DNA of 64,000 nucleotides, from positions 12,146-76,145 of the forward strand of contig JAPLYL010000006.1 of NCBI GenBank assembly GCA_026395595.1. The letters are read 5' to 3'. The stretch's first letter is position 1. Every line of letters begins with the position of its first letter. Below the pieces are notes generated by a model that was given only the letters and a program-made list of their open reading frames with translations, searched no databases and was not told where the DNA came from. Origin of the DNA: Candidatus Parcubacteria bacterium (GTDB taxonomy: Bacteria; Patescibacteriota; Minisyncoccia; Phycocordibacterales; CAIJYI01). The translations under genes and the position numbers were made by a program. Shown here in pieces: positions 29,114 through 39,344 of this stretch.

Positions 29114-30586
29114 TCATTGTTTTGGTCTAAGTGTTGGAAATAAAATTACCTCTCTGATATTTTTCGTATTCGTGATGAGCATAATCATACGGTCAATGGA
29201 GAGTCCTACTCCTCCCGCGGGCGGCATCCCATATTCCATCGCTTCAATATATTCTTCGTCTTTCGGCTGAGCTTCTTCATCTCCTTCTCCGCGGCTTTTT
29301 TCCTGCTCGGTAAATCGTTCTCTTTGGTCAAGCGGATCGTTCAATTCTGAAAACCCGTTGACAACCTCCAAACCTCCGACGATGAGCTGATAGCGTTCTA
29401 TCATTTCAGGGTGTTCTTCTTGCTTCTTCGCGAGTGGAGAGAAGGCGAGCAAATAATCTTTGATGAACGTCGGCTGGATAAGTTCATTGCGGACATATTT
29501 TTTGTAAATCGCGTCAAAGATTTTTTCTATTCCTTCTCCCTTCCCTACTTCCACACCGAGCTTCTTCGCTTCAATGGCGAGTTCGTCAAAAGAAAGTTTC
29601 GCCGGATCTTTCAGTCCCGAGTATTTTTCAATAAGATCAAAGAAAGACGCGACCTCAAATTTTTTCCCGAAATCTATTTCGTGTTCTCCGAAAATGACTT
29701 TCGTTCCCCCGACCGTTTTTTCAACCAGTGAACGGAGAAGCGTTTCCAAAAACACCATATGCTTTGAAGCTTCCGCATAGGCTTCGTAAAATTCAACCGT
29801 CGTAAATTCCGGATTATGCGTCACGTCAATTCCTTCATTCCTAAACAATCGTCCGATTTCGTAGACTTTCGGCATTCCCGCGACGAGCAATTCTTTGAGA
29901 TACAGTTCCGGAGCGATGCGCAAAAAAAGACACATATCAAGCGCATGATGATGCGTTTCAAACGGTTTAGCGGTCGCGCCTCCGGCGATGGACTGAAGTA
30001 TCGGGGTTTCCACTTCCAAGAAATCGGCGCCATCGAGAGCTTTGCGAAGTTCTGCGACAAATTTAGAGCGGGCGATAAATCGGTTTTTGACTTCTTCCGA
30101 CATCAGGATATCCAAGTATCGTTTACGGAATCGTTCTTCTACATCCTGCAAACCGTGCCATTTATCCGGAAGCGGTCGGAGGCTTTTTGAAAGCATTTTC
30201 CATTCCGAAACCTGCAAGGTTTTCTCGCCGCGTTTTGTGGTAAAAAGCATCCCCGTTACCTGCACAAAATCGCCGAGATCAACGATATCCTGAAAGAGAG
30301 AAAAGACGGCTTCGTCCATCTCGTCTTTTTTAAGCAAACCTTGGAATAATCCGGTACCGTCGTTGATATTAAAAAAGAGAAGCGCCCCCTGTCCGCGCAA
30401 AGCCATAACCCTTCCGACAAGAGCAAGAGGTTTCTTTTCTTCCGCAAGAGTGTCAAATTTCTCAAGAACTTGCGCAAGCGAATAATCCCGTTTTGTGGAA
30501 ACAGGATACGGCTTCGCGCCCTTCTCTTTGAGTACGTTTAATTTTTTGATCCGTTCATCGCGGACCCCTTCCAAAAATGAGGACAT
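29114..30586 (-). CDS. lysS: lysine--tRNA ligase (class II)
   Basis: Class II motifs, e.g. FRNEGIDVTHNPEFTTVEFYEAYA. Confidence 0.9.
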   Translation of the reverse strand: MSSFLEGVRDERIKKLNVLKEKGAKPYPVSTKRDYSLAQVLEKFDTLAEEKKPLALVGRVMALRGQGALLFFNINDGTGLFQGLLKKDEMDEAVFSLFQDIVDLGDFVQVTGMLFTTKRGEKTLQVSEWKMLSKSLRPLPDKWHGLQDVEERFRKRYLDILMSEEVKNRFIARSKFVAELRKALDGADFLEVETPILQSIAGGATAKPFETHHHALDMCLFLRIAPELYLKELLVAGMPKVYEIGRLFRNEGIDVTHNPEFTTVEFYEAYAEASKHMVFLETLLRSLVEKTVGGTKVIFGEHEIDFGKKFEVASFFDLIEKYSGLKDPAKLSFDELAIEAKKLGVEVGKGEGIEKIFDAIYKKYVRNELIQPTFIKDYLLAFSPLAKKQEEHPEMIERYQLIVGGLEVVNGFSELNDPLDQRERFTEQEKSRGEGDEEAQPKDEEYIEAMEYGMPPAGGVGLSIDRMIMLITNTKNIREVILFPTLRPKQ

Positions 30587-30605
30587 TTATGTTTTTGCTA
30601 GTGTT

Positions 30606-31076
30606 CTAACGAACGTCAATAATGTGGTAAGAAATGGTTTCCCCGCTCGGTGTTTTTAACGAAGCCGGTTCGCCTTTTTTCTTTCCCATTATGGCTTGTC
30701 CGAGAGGGGATTTGTTGGAGAGTTTCCCTTTTTCAACATCCGCTTCTTCGGTACCGACAATCTCAATGGAACGCGGTTCTTTTTCTCCCTGCTTTTGGAG
30801 AATGACTTTTGACCCCATGGAGACAACATCGGAGTCCATATGGGCAACGATTACTGCTGATTTCAACAAAGGTTCAAGAACAGCAATGCGGTCTTCCAGT
30901 TCCGCTTGTTTGCTTCTTGCCTCATGATATTCGGCATTCTCAGAAAGGTCGCCGAGTGATTTTGCATACTCAAGATCAACCAAGACTTTTTTTCGTCCCG
31001 TTGAACGCAAGTATTCAAGCTCTTTTTTGAGCTCATCGTATTTTTCTTGACTCAAGTATTCTTTATCATCATTCAT
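30606..31076 (-). CDS. greA: transcription elongation factor GreA
   Basis: LGDLSENAEYHEARSKQ N-terminal coiled-coil signature and C-terminal FKBP-like domain; start trimmed to Met20 of the track ORF. Confidence 0.8.
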   Translation of the reverse strand: MNDDKEYLSQEKYDELKKELEYLRSTGRKKVLVDLEYAKSLGDLSENAEYHEARSKQAELEDRIAVLEPLLKSAVIVAHMDSDVVSMGSKVILQKQGEKEPRSIEIVGTEEADVEKGKLSNKSPLGQAIMGKKKGEPASLKTPSGETISYHIIDVR

Positions 31077-31216
31077 AGTACTCACTATTATACCTTTTCC
31101 TACCCAAAAAACAAGAGCGGTTTCCTTGTGCAAAAAATAAACGAAAATGATATACTTTCTACAGGAAAAAGGTTTTTATCAAAAAGCTAATTTTGCATTT
31201 TATGATGGAGGAAGAA

Positions 31217-31495
31217 ATGATAAATCGAACCAAAGAATACCGCATACAAGCGGCTGAGCTTATAAAGAATCAATGGATTCCCGATACGGAAGCTATGATT
31301 CCCGATGTAACCGACGAGAAGAAAAGAAAAGGTTTTGAAGAAGAAATGGACAAAATTAAAGATGAGTTCTCTGAATTGAAAGATGCCGATTTTGGCGACG
31401 AGGAAGTCCAAGAAAAAGTCAAAAACCTCTATAATCGCGCCGAAGATCTCTATGGCACCGTCAGCCTCTGCTTTGAAAAAGAAGAGGAAATGTAA
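31217..31495 (+). CDS. hypothetical acidic protein
   Basis: GGAGGAAG Shine-Dalgarno before the internal ATG; terminator after. Confidence 0.4.
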   Translation: MINRTKEYRIQAAELIKNQWIPDTEAMIPDVTDEKKRKGFEEEMDKIKDEFSELKDADFGDEEVQEKVKNLYNRAEDLYGTVSLCFEKEEEM

Positions 31496-31509
31496 AGTAT
31501 TAAAAGAAA

Positions 31510-31542
31510 AAGACATCGCACTGTGCGATGTCTTTTATTTTT
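31510..31542. terminator. bidirectional terminator
   Basis: AAGACATCGCAC-TG-TGCGATGTCTT perfect hairpin plus T-run. Confidence 0.8.
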
Positions 31543-33272
31543 TAATTTTGAGTTTTAAAATACTCCGGCGTATAGATGGCCATCCAGTCTACGGTTTGCC
31601 TCATTACATATGAAGCGCCGATGAGATTTTTGACGGGGCCGTGTTCCATGACAATTGCAAAAGCATACTTCGGATGTTCATATGGAAAAAATCCAGTAAT
31701 CCATGAATTCACAAAATCTTTTTTTGCTCCCAATTCAGCGGTTCCTGTTTTTCCCGCGATATTTACGCTCTTGGTATTGAGAGCAATCGCCGCGCCATAG
31801 AGCACTCCACGCCGCATGCCTTCTCCTGCGATAATAAAATTTTCTTTCGGTATGGGAATTATTTTTTTTGATACGGTCGTAGACTGCAAAACATGCGGAG
31901 AAACAAGCACCCCCTCCGTAGCGATAGCAGAAACTGCATGAACTGCCTGAAGAGGAGATACCTGAAAACCATATTGACCAATGGAAGTGTGATAGGTGTT
32001 TCCGAGAAGCCACTCTGCTCCATCAAAATTTTTCCTTTTCCATTCGGGACTCGGAATCATCCCCGTTGCTTCCCCTTCAATATCAATGCCTGTTTCGCTA
32101 CCAAAACCGAACATTTTCATATATTTTTCAATCCTCTCAATTCCCAGTCCTTTTTGTTCATTCAGGTATCCGCCACCAACTTCATAAAAATACACGTCCG
32201 AAGAAACGGCAATTGCATCGCGCATGTCCACCCAGCCGTGCGCCTTCCAGTCTTTGAAGACGGTTGGTTTGTCGGGGAAATATGGATTGGGTATGGAAAT
32301 GGATCCGGTACTCAAAATTTTCTTTTCAGGGGTTATGACCTTTTCCGTTAGCGCTGCAATTGCCATGAAAGGTTTTACAATGGAACCCGGCGTATACAAT
32401 CCGGAAACGGCGCGATCCAGCCATGGAGTTTTTGGATCCTTTTGATATTGAGAGATTTTCGCCTTATCTTTGCCATCGGTAAGAACTTGCGAATCGTATT
32501 CAGGATAACTTGTCAACGCCAATATCTCCCCTGTTTCTATATTCATCATGACACCGCTTCCGGCGCGAAAACCCACTTGATTTGCCGTTTCCGAAATGAC
32601 TTTATAAAGCTCTTTCTGTAAACGGGAATCAATCGTGAGCATCAGATCTTCTCCTGAAATAGGAGGTTCTATTACACTTTCCGAATGGACTTTGGAAAGC
32701 GAGTCTACTTCTTGTATTTTCAGACCCTGCGTTCCATTCAGCCGATCGTTATATGATTTTTCTATTCCTCCTTTTCCTTCATACTCTTTTTTGTAATAAA
32801 ATCCTGAAGTATCTTTTGCCGGATAACTCAAATAGCCGAGTAGGTGTCCGAATCCCGGGCTGGCAATATATTGACGCAAAGGAAAATCATTAAGCGCCTC
32901 TCCTTCCTTTACCTTGGCTTCTTCCCAATCCGCTTTTTCTTGAGGCAAGACATTCCAAGCCAAAGGCACTTTGTTGCGGTCATAAATAATTCCGCGATTG
33001 GCAAAAACGAGCGAGTGTTCCAGACGATTATTCTCCGCTCTCGCTTTCATCACCTCACCCTGCCCTATTTGCAACCCTCCGACATTCCAAAGATAAACTC
33101 CTTGCAACATAAAAAAAAGCCCGCCGAGAAAAAAAACGGTGTATTTTGAAATTGATTTTTCTATGCGCCCTTCAAACTGATTCACGTCAAAATTGGGCAA
33201 GTTGCTGGAATCAAGAAAAATCTCGTTCGGATCTATATTCGCTTTTCGTTTTTTTGGTCCAAAAAATTTCAT
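31542..33272 (-). CDS. mrdA: penicillin-binding protein 2 (elongasome transpeptidase)
   Basis: Transpeptidase SxxK (GSIVKP), SSD/SxN and KTGTA motifs; directly downstream of mreBCD. Confidence 0.8.
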   Translation of the reverse strand: MKFFGPKKRKANIDPNEIFLDSSNLPNFDVNQFEGRIEKSISKYTVFFLGGLFFMLQGVYLWNVGGLQIGQGEVMKARAENNRLEHSLVFANRGIIYDRNKVPLAWNVLPQEKADWEEAKVKEGEALNDFPLRQYIASPGFGHLLGYLSYPAKDTSGFYYKKEYEGKGGIEKSYNDRLNGTQGLKIQEVDSLSKVHSESVIEPPISGEDLMLTIDSRLQKELYKVISETANQVGFRAGSGVMMNIETGEILALTSYPEYDSQVLTDGKDKAKISQYQKDPKTPWLDRAVSGLYTPGSIVKPFMAIAALTEKVITPEKKILSTGSISIPNPYFPDKPTVFKDWKAHGWVDMRDAIAVSSDVYFYEVGGGYLNEQKGLGIERIEKYMKMFGFGSETGIDIEGEATGMIPSPEWKRKNFDGAEWLLGNTYHTSIGQYGFQVSPLQAVHAVSAIATEGVLVSPHVLQSTTVSKKIIPIPKENFIIAGEGMRRGVLYGAAIALNTKSVNIAGKTGTAELGAKKDFVNSWITGFFPYEHPKYAFAIVMEHGPVKNLIGASYVMRQTVDWMAIYTPEYFKTQN

Positions 33273-33279
33273 AAAGCAA

Positions 33280-33627
33280 TCAAGAGAAAAAACGCATTTT
33301 TTGTTTTACGGCTGTTGAGAAAAAAATAAAGAAAAGAGCGGCGGTTGCGAAAAATAATCGGAAGCCGTGAAAATTGATTGCTTCCGTTCCATACAGAGCA
33401 TCAAGCAAAAGTCCGAAAAAAAACGCTTCATAAAAATTGGAATAAAACGCCGCCCCGAGAAAACAAAAAATACAGACTGACCACCAAGGAAGAAAAAGCA
33501 CCAAAAAAAAGATGGCGAGATCCCCCGCAATTCTTCCGATAATCTGGTGTTTTGTCATCTCTTCATTTTTCATCGCGGTATCATTATCAATCTGCGTTTT
33601 TAACGACCTGAATATATTTTGCGTCAA
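33280..33627 (-). CDS. mreD: rod shape-determining protein MreD-like
   Basis: Small polytopic membrane protein between mreC and mrdA; identified by context. Confidence 0.45.
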   Translation of the reverse strand: MTQNIFRSLKTQIDNDTAMKNEEMTKHQIIGRIAGDLAIFFLVLFLPWWSVCIFCFLGAAFYSNFYEAFFFGLLLDALYGTEAINFHGFRLFFATAALFFIFFSTAVKQKMRFFS

Positions 33628-34396
33628 AGATATTTATCGGCCCGCGAAAATATACTTTTTGGAAAGTGTCCGTTGATTTTTGTTCTTTTGAAACGACTGT
33701 GGCGACGATATACTCGGGAGTTCCGGACAAACTGGCGCTGTCCCCGACCTGAACATCCGTATCAAGAGGAAGATCAGCCACAAAAGACCCTCCTCCCAAG
33801 CCTTTTAACTGAATAGGGGTATTATTTGGCCCTAAAAGAGCATCAGAGGATTGTCCTGCGGTAGAAAAAAGACGCGCCTTCGCGGAAGAAGAGTATGTTT
33901 CTTCTATCGTTCCGATAATCATATTTTTGTTCGCAAGAACTTTATCCCCTTTTTTTATGCCGTTCTTTTCTCCGATATCAATGAGGAACGTGTCATAGGC
34001 GGTGATATTTGGACGGGCAATGATTGAACCGAAAATCCCGCCTTCTTTTTTTTGAGAAAGAGTTTTTTTTAATTCCAAATTTTCCTGTATGATAAAATCA
34101 TATCCTGACAATTCCCCCTCTAACTTTTTTATTTTTTCCGCGAGTTCTTTGTTTTTTGCGATGAGTGATTTTTTCGTGCTTAAAAAAGAGGTTGAATCAG
34201 AGAGAGCGGAACCCCCTGAATTTTTGGCATTCCAAGCTGAAACCGAAGCATTATTTACCGCTCCGGAAAAAAGAGTAAAAGTTTTTGGGAAAGCGGTAAA
34301 AGAAACAAAAACAAAAAAAGCGAAGAAGAAAAAAGCTATCCTCACTTTGTTTTTTCGTTTTTTGGTTTGCAAAGGTCTATACATAATGAGAGTCAA
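33587..34396 (-). CDS. mreC: rod shape-determining protein MreC
   Basis: N-terminal TM, coiled coil, C-terminal beta domain; context after mreB. Confidence 0.65.
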   Translation of the reverse strand: MTLIMYRPLQTKKRKNKVRIAFFFFAFFVFVSFTAFPKTFTLFSGAVNNASVSAWNAKNSGGSALSDSTSFLSTKKSLIAKNKELAEKIKKLEGELSGYDFIIQENLELKKTLSQKKEGGIFGSIIARPNITAYDTFLIDIGEKNGIKKGDKVLANKNMIIGTIEETYSSSAKARLFSTAGQSSDALLGPNNTPIQLKGLGGGSFVADLPLDTDVQVGDSASLSGTPEYIVATVVSKEQKSTDTFQKVYFRGPINIFDAKYIQVVKNAD

Positions 34397-34452
34397 AAAT
34401 TAAATTTTTCTTTCCTTATTTCTTTTTTCTTATTGCTTTTTCCTCTTGCAAA

Positions 34453-35505
34453 CTATTCCGTCGGCGCTTCTTCGTCATCTTCGTAGATAAGAGCTTCTTT
34501 GTAGAGTTCAAGATTTTCAACGACGATTCCCGTGCCTCGGGCGATACAAGTGAGCGGATCCTCGGCTATATATATCGGTATTTTTAATTCTTCCTGAAGA
34601 ATTTTATCAAGCCCGCGAATGAGCGCCCCTCCTCCCATCAGAACAATACCGCGATTCATAACATCCGAAAGGACTTCCGGCGGAGTTTCCTCCAGCACCT
34701 CTTTCGCTGAAGATACCAGCATGCTGATAGACTGAGCCATAGCTTCGCGAATGTCTGAATCGGTGATGATGACTTCTCTCGGGAGTCCGGTGATAAGGTC
34801 TCTCCCGCGGAGAGACGCTTCCAATGGAACTTCATTTTTAACAACAGAACCGATGGATATCTTTATCGCTTCCGCGGTTTTTTCTCCGGTGAGAATTTTG
34901 AATTCGTTTCTGATGTAAGAAATAATATCCTCGTTGAATTTATCTCCGGCGATGCGGAGATTTTTTGATTTAACGACTCCTCCGAGCGAGATGACGGCAA
35001 TGTCAGTCGTTCCTCCTCCGATGTCTATCACCATGCTTCCGACCGGATCGTTGACCGGCAGGCGTATGCCGATAGCTCCAGCCATCGGTTCTTCAATGAT
35101 GTACACCTCGCGAGCGCCCGCATTTCTCGCGGCGTCTTTGACTGCGCGGGTTTCCACATTGGTAATTCCCGAAGGTACGCCGACGACAATGCGAGGGCGA
35201 GCCATTTTTTTTGAAAGTTTGTTGGCGTTGTTGATGAAGTACGAAAGCAATTCCTGCGTCACCTCAAAGTCTGAGATAACGCCGTCAACGAGAGGACGAA
35301 TGGCAACAATGTGAGAGGGAGTTCGTCCCAGCATTTCCTTTGCCGCATGACCTACCGCTACCACCTGCCCTGTTTTCTGATTGACTGCAACGACGGTCGG
35401 TTCATTAATAATGATTCCGTGACCGCTCACATAGACGAGTGTATTCGCCGTTCCCAAGTCTATTCCGATATCATTCGCGAACATTTTTTTGAATTTCTGC
35501 AACAT
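34453..35505 (-). CDS. mreB: rod shape-determining protein MreB
   Basis: Actin fold motifs IGIDLGTANTLVYV, DIGGGTTD; start trimmed to Met14 of the track ORF. Confidence 0.85.
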   Translation of the reverse strand: MLQKFKKMFANDIGIDLGTANTLVYVSGHGIIINEPTVVAVNQKTGQVVAVGHAAKEMLGRTPSHIVAIRPLVDGVISDFEVTQELLSYFINNANKLSKKMARPRIVVGVPSGITNVETRAVKDAARNAGAREVYIIEEPMAGAIGIRLPVNDPVGSMVIDIGGGTTDIAVISLGGVVKSKNLRIAGDKFNEDIISYIRNEFKILTGEKTAEAIKISIGSVVKNEVPLEASLRGRDLITGLPREVIITDSDIREAMAQSISMLVSSAKEVLEETPPEVLSDVMNRGIVLMGGGALIRGLDKILQEELKIPIYIAEDPLTCIARGTGIVVENLELYKEALIYEDDEEAPTE

Positions 35506-35615
35506 AAGTACCCCTATTCTACTTGAAAGAACACCGAGAGTCAAAAACTTGACAAATTAGACAAATAAGAGTATACCACAAGCTGTAATTGAACTTTGAA
35601 AAGAGGAAAGAAAAA

Positions 35616-36218
35616 ATGAACATAAATAAAAATGCGGTTTTTTCAATGATACTGACCGGTACCATTTACGCAGGCGCGTATGCAATGAGTATCCATATTG
35701 GAATTCTCTGGGTATTGGCGATCTTTCTCGTTTGTTATCCCTATAAAATAGGCGAAAATGTTTACTCGCTTTTTGGCGGGTTCTCCGATAAGAATCTCTA
35801 CTCGCTCTTTGGGGTTTATCAAAACGCCGAAGGTGATGCGTTGCAAGTCATAGGTATAACGCTGTATCAAAATGCCGGAGGTGATGCGTTGCAAGTCGTT
35901 GGCGTAACCTTGTATCAAAATGCCGGAGGTAGTGCGGGGCAAGGCATAGGTATAACTTTGTATCAAAATGCAGCCGGTGATGCAGTGCAAATTGTCGGGA
36001 TAGTGATGTGTCAGAAAGCCGGAAGGGATGCCGAGGAGGTTATTGGGATAGTGCTGTATCAGAAGGCTGACGTGGATGCGATACAGAAGTTAAGTATAAC
36101 ATTGTATCAAAATGCTGGCTGGGATGCGGCGCAATACCTGGGTATAACCTTATACCGAACTTTCAAAACGCAAACATCCCCGTGGTGCAGTATCGTGTGC
36201 GTATCCAAACAAAAATAA
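35616..36218 (+). CDS. membrane-anchored tandem-repeat protein (7 x 16-aa YQNAGGDALQVIGITL-like repeats)
   Basis: AAGAGGAAAG Shine-Dalgarno before ATG; N-terminal TM; 48-bp DNA tandem repeats. Confidence 0.6.
   Translation: MNINKNAVFSMILTGTIYAGAYAMSIHIGILWVLAIFLVCYPYKIGENVYSLFGGFSDKNLYSLFGVYQNAEGDALQVIGITLYQNAGGDALQVVGVTLYQNAGGSAGQGIGITLYQNAAGDAVQIVGIVMCQKAGRDAEEVIGIVLYQKADVDAIQKLSITLYQNAGWDAAQYLGITLYRTFKTQTSPWCSIVCVSKQK
35810..36170 (+). repeat. 48-bp tandem repeats (~7 units) within the CDS
   Basis: Repeated GTATCAAAATGCCGGAGGTGATGCGTTGCAAGTC...-like units. Confidence 0.7.
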
Positions 36219-36271
36219 AAATAACACAACACCCAAGGTCAGACCTCGGGTGTTTTTTTATGGCTAATTTT

Positions 36272-37510
36272 CTAGGTATTTAATAAATTCAGAAGTTCGT
36301 TTTCATCCAGCATGAGTACTTCCCCCGTCTTTCTCGCCTTCACTTCAAACTTTCCCGATGCGAGTGTTTTACTGCTGACGACGACTCGGTACGGCATGCC
36401 GAGGAGGTCGCTTCCTCCGAATTTTTCTCCGGCGCTTTGGTCGCGGTCATCATACAGAACTTCAATGCCGGCATCGGTTAATTTTTTATACAATGTATCC
36501 GAAGCTTCTTTTTCTCGGAGATCAATAAGATGTACTTTGAAAGGTGCAACGCTTTCGGGCCAGACAATTCCTTTTTCATCGGCGAATGATTCAACGATTG
36601 TTCCCATTAAGCGTCCGGGACCGATTCCGTACGAACCCATAATGACTGGTTTCTGTTCCCCGTTCTCATCTTTGTAATTCAAACCGATCGGGGCGGAAAA
36701 ACGCGTGCCAAGCTTAAAGATATTTCCCGTTTCAATGGAATGGACTTCTTCCAATTCATCGCGAGTCAATCCGAGATCATTCAACACTTCATCGTTAAGC
36801 ACTTCTTTATTCACCGCAACTCCCTTTTCTCGTGAAAGATAAATAGTATCTTCTCCCGCATCCGAAAGCGTTTGGAATTCATGGCTGTATTTGGAAAATA
36901 CGCCACCGCTCGCAAACGTAACAAATGTTATTTCCCCGATGCCGGCTCTTTCAAATATATTTTTATATGCCTGCTTTGCCTTCTCGTAAAAAACATCAAG
37001 GTCTTCCTGCATTGCGCTGAAAGAGTAAAGGTCTTTCATGGAAAATTCTCGTCCGCGCATGATGCCAGATTTTGCCCGCGTTTCGTTGCGGAATTTTGTT
37101 TGTATTTGGTAGGCATAAATCGGCAAATCTTTGTATGAAGCAATATGATTCGTCATGATATTCGTAATCGCTTCTTCGTGTGTAAAACCGAGGCCGACCT
37201 CGTTGCCATTTTTCAATTTCGTTTTGAACCAGTTATCAACTTTCGCGTCGTCCCAGCGATCTGTTTTTTCCCATAGCATTCGGTCTTGAAGCGCGGTCAT
37301 GGAAACTTCCTGTCCGCCGATGGCATTCATTTCTTCACGGATGATATTTTCAATTTTATTGAGCACGCGAAGCCCGAGCGGAAGGTACGAATACACCCCG
37401 GCCATTTCTTTGTGAACATATCCCGCGCGAATCAGCAGTTCGGCATTCTTTGACACCTCATCTTTCGGCGCTTCCTTGCGTGTTTTAGTAAAAAGTTGTG
37501 ATTGTTTCAT
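36272..37510 (-). CDS. proS: proline--tRNA ligase (short bacterial form lacking the INS editing domain)
   Basis: Strong similarity to the ProRS N-terminus and class II motifs (SREFLMKDLYSF); 412 aa. Confidence 0.85.
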   Translation of the reverse strand: MKQSQLFTKTRKEAPKDEVSKNAELLIRAGYVHKEMAGVYSYLPLGLRVLNKIENIIREEMNAIGGQEVSMTALQDRMLWEKTDRWDDAKVDNWFKTKLKNGNEVGLGFTHEEAITNIMTNHIASYKDLPIYAYQIQTKFRNETRAKSGIMRGREFSMKDLYSFSAMQEDLDVFYEKAKQAYKNIFERAGIGEITFVTFASGGVFSKYSHEFQTLSDAGEDTIYLSREKGVAVNKEVLNDEVLNDLGLTRDELEEVHSIETGNIFKLGTRFSAPIGLNYKDENGEQKPVIMGSYGIGPGRLMGTIVESFADEKGIVWPESVAPFKVHLIDLREKEASDTLYKKLTDAGIEVLYDDRDQSAGEKFGGSDLLGMPYRVVVSSKTLASGKFEVKARKTGEVLMLDENELLNLLNT

Positions 37511-37614
37511 ATTTTTATATTGTACCGTTTTTTACAAAAAAGAGAAATTTGACAAATACTTTATCGTTTGATATTTTATGTTTAAATTTGTTCCATAAAA
37601 AATGAGGAGTTGAA

Positions 37615-38025
37615 ATGAATTATGTTTTGTATATTTTCGGAGTTTTTGGAATCGTCCTTTATCTTTGGTGCGGGTATTATGTAAGCGGAAAAATATATGA
37701 TTTATATTACGCTGCTAAAAAACCGTCATGGTTGATACGATTTTTGGTCTGGCCAATAGCGACTATCAGCGATAGACGAAATTTGAAAAATGATGACTGG
37801 CGGTATCAAAAATCAGATTGGGAAGATTGCTACGCTTATCTGCTTCCGAATCGGACAACAAGAGATCAATACATTTCCATAATGATGATACTGTGGGGAG
37901 TTAAAATTGTATGGAATCTGATTATTTTTTCACTTATTTTTTTCTTGCTCTTGATGGCGCCGATAGGAGCGGGTCTTGCCTTAGCAATAGCGATACCGCT
38001 CAAAAAACTTATCGGACGCGAATGA
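37615..38025 (+). CDS. hypothetical membrane protein
   Basis: ORF with TM helices at both ends. Confidence 0.4.
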   Translation: MNYVLYIFGVFGIVLYLWCGYYVSGKIYDLYYAAKKPSWLIRFLVWPIATISDRRNLKNDDWRYQKSDWEDCYAYLLPNRTTRDQYISIMMILWGVKIVWNLIIFSLIFFLLLMAPIGAGLALAIAIPLKKLIGRE

Positions 38026-38085
38026 ATACTAAAAACACGGGGACGCAACAGCGCTTCCGTGTTTTTTAATACTTTGAAACAGCTT

Positions 38086-39186
38086 TTATTTTACAAACAG
38101 CGTCCAGACGTCATGGAAGGTAATGACCAATATCAGTCCGAGGAGGACGACAAAACCGATGGAATGTGCAAGATTGGCCGTTTGCGCTTTTATGGGCGAG
38201 CGTTTGATTGCTTCAATGAGGGTAAAGAAAATGCGCCCGCCGTCCAACGCGGGAATCGGCAGAATGTTGATAACGGCAAGATTGATGGAAATAAGAGCCG
38301 TGAGAGAGATGAGATACGTAACGCCAAGCTGGCTCGCGTCGCCCACTATTTTCACGATACCGACCGGACCAGAAACGGAAGACATATCCGCTTTGCCGCG
38401 GAAGGCTGAAATAAGAAGATCGTATAACCCCTTGAAAGTTTCTCCGGTGTATATAATCGTTAATTTCCCTCCTTCATATATCGCTCGATGAAGCGGGAGC
38501 TTCATGACTCCGACCATATCCATACCGATTCCGATGGCAGATTTTCCGTCCACTATTCCCTTCTTTGGGATTACCGTCACGTTCTTTTCTTCAGATCCAC
38601 GTTTTAAGAGAACGGAAATTTCTTGCGCTCCATGTTCGTCAACGAATTTCTGAAAAACTTCCGTCGTTACTTTTGAGAGAGTTTGATTTTGATAGGAAAG
38701 GGAAAGTATTTTATCTCCCGTTTGTATTCCTGCCAATTTTGCCGGCGAATCTTTCATAACTTCAACCACCGTAAGAGAAGCATTGCTTACTGCTCCGGCA
38801 GAAAGCTGGTCAGAAGCAGAAGAAGGCAAACCGATAAGAAATCCGGAAGTGATAAGAGCCCAAGCAAAAAGCAAATTGAAAAATACCCCGGCGGAAAGAA
38901 CCGCCACCTGAATGAGTTTCGGTTTATGGGAAAAACTTTTTTTGCTTTCAACTCCGTTCTTCGCTACCTCTTCGGGGTCTTCTCCGAATATCTTCACAAA
39001 ACCGCCAAAAGGAATAGCGTTTATGGTGTATTCCGTTTCTCCATATTTTTTTCCGTACAATTTTGGAGGGAAACCGATACCGAATTCGTCCACCCGTATC
39101 CCGCTTTTTTTGGCAACAATAAAATGCCCGAACTCGTGAACGAGAATCAATACCGCGAGGATGATAATAAAAATGAGAATGTTCAT
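38086..39186 (-). CDS. rseP: RIP metalloprotease RseP (site-2 protease, M50 family)
   Basis: HEFGHF zinc motif in TM1, PDZ domain, LDGG motif. Confidence 0.8.
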   Translation of the reverse strand: MNILIFIIILAVLILVHEFGHFIVAKKSGIRVDEFGIGFPPKLYGKKYGETEYTINAIPFGGFVKIFGEDPEEVAKNGVESKKSFSHKPKLIQVAVLSAGVFFNLLFAWALITSGFLIGLPSSASDQLSAGAVSNASLTVVEVMKDSPAKLAGIQTGDKILSLSYQNQTLSKVTTEVFQKFVDEHGAQEISVLLKRGSEEKNVTVIPKKGIVDGKSAIGIGMDMVGVMKLPLHRAIYEGGKLTIIYTGETFKGLYDLLISAFRGKADMSSVSGPVGIVKIVGDASQLGVTYLISLTALISINLAVINILPIPALDGGRIFFTLIEAIKRSPIKAQTANLAHSIGFVVLLGLILVITFHDVWTLFVK

Positions 39187-39249
39187 AATATGTTTTAAAA
39201 CGTTTAGCAGAGTATACTAAAAATTTTCAATTACCAATGTCAAATTTCC

Positions 39250-39325
39250 AATAAAAATCCAAATGTCCAATGCTAAAATTTGGACATTTTGAATTTTGTC
39301 ATTTTATTGGAAATTTGAAATTTGA
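39250..39325. repeat. ~60-bp duplicated regulatory-region element (copy 1) upstream of rseP
   Basis: TCCAATGCTAAAATTTGGACATTTTGAATTTTGTCATTTTATTGGAAATTTGAAATT is near-identical to the copy at 39975-40045; it has CCAAT/ATTGG arms and sits beside a putative TTGACA promoter. Confidence 0.55.
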
Positions 39326-39344
39326 TATTGGGAATTTAAAAATC

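Noticed and set aside
35643-35990. 115-aa minus-strand ORF opposite the tandem-repeat gene
   Set aside because: It arises from the 48-bp tandem repeats read in the antisense frame; it has no Shine-Dalgarno, and the plus-strand gene has a clear start and a TM anchor.
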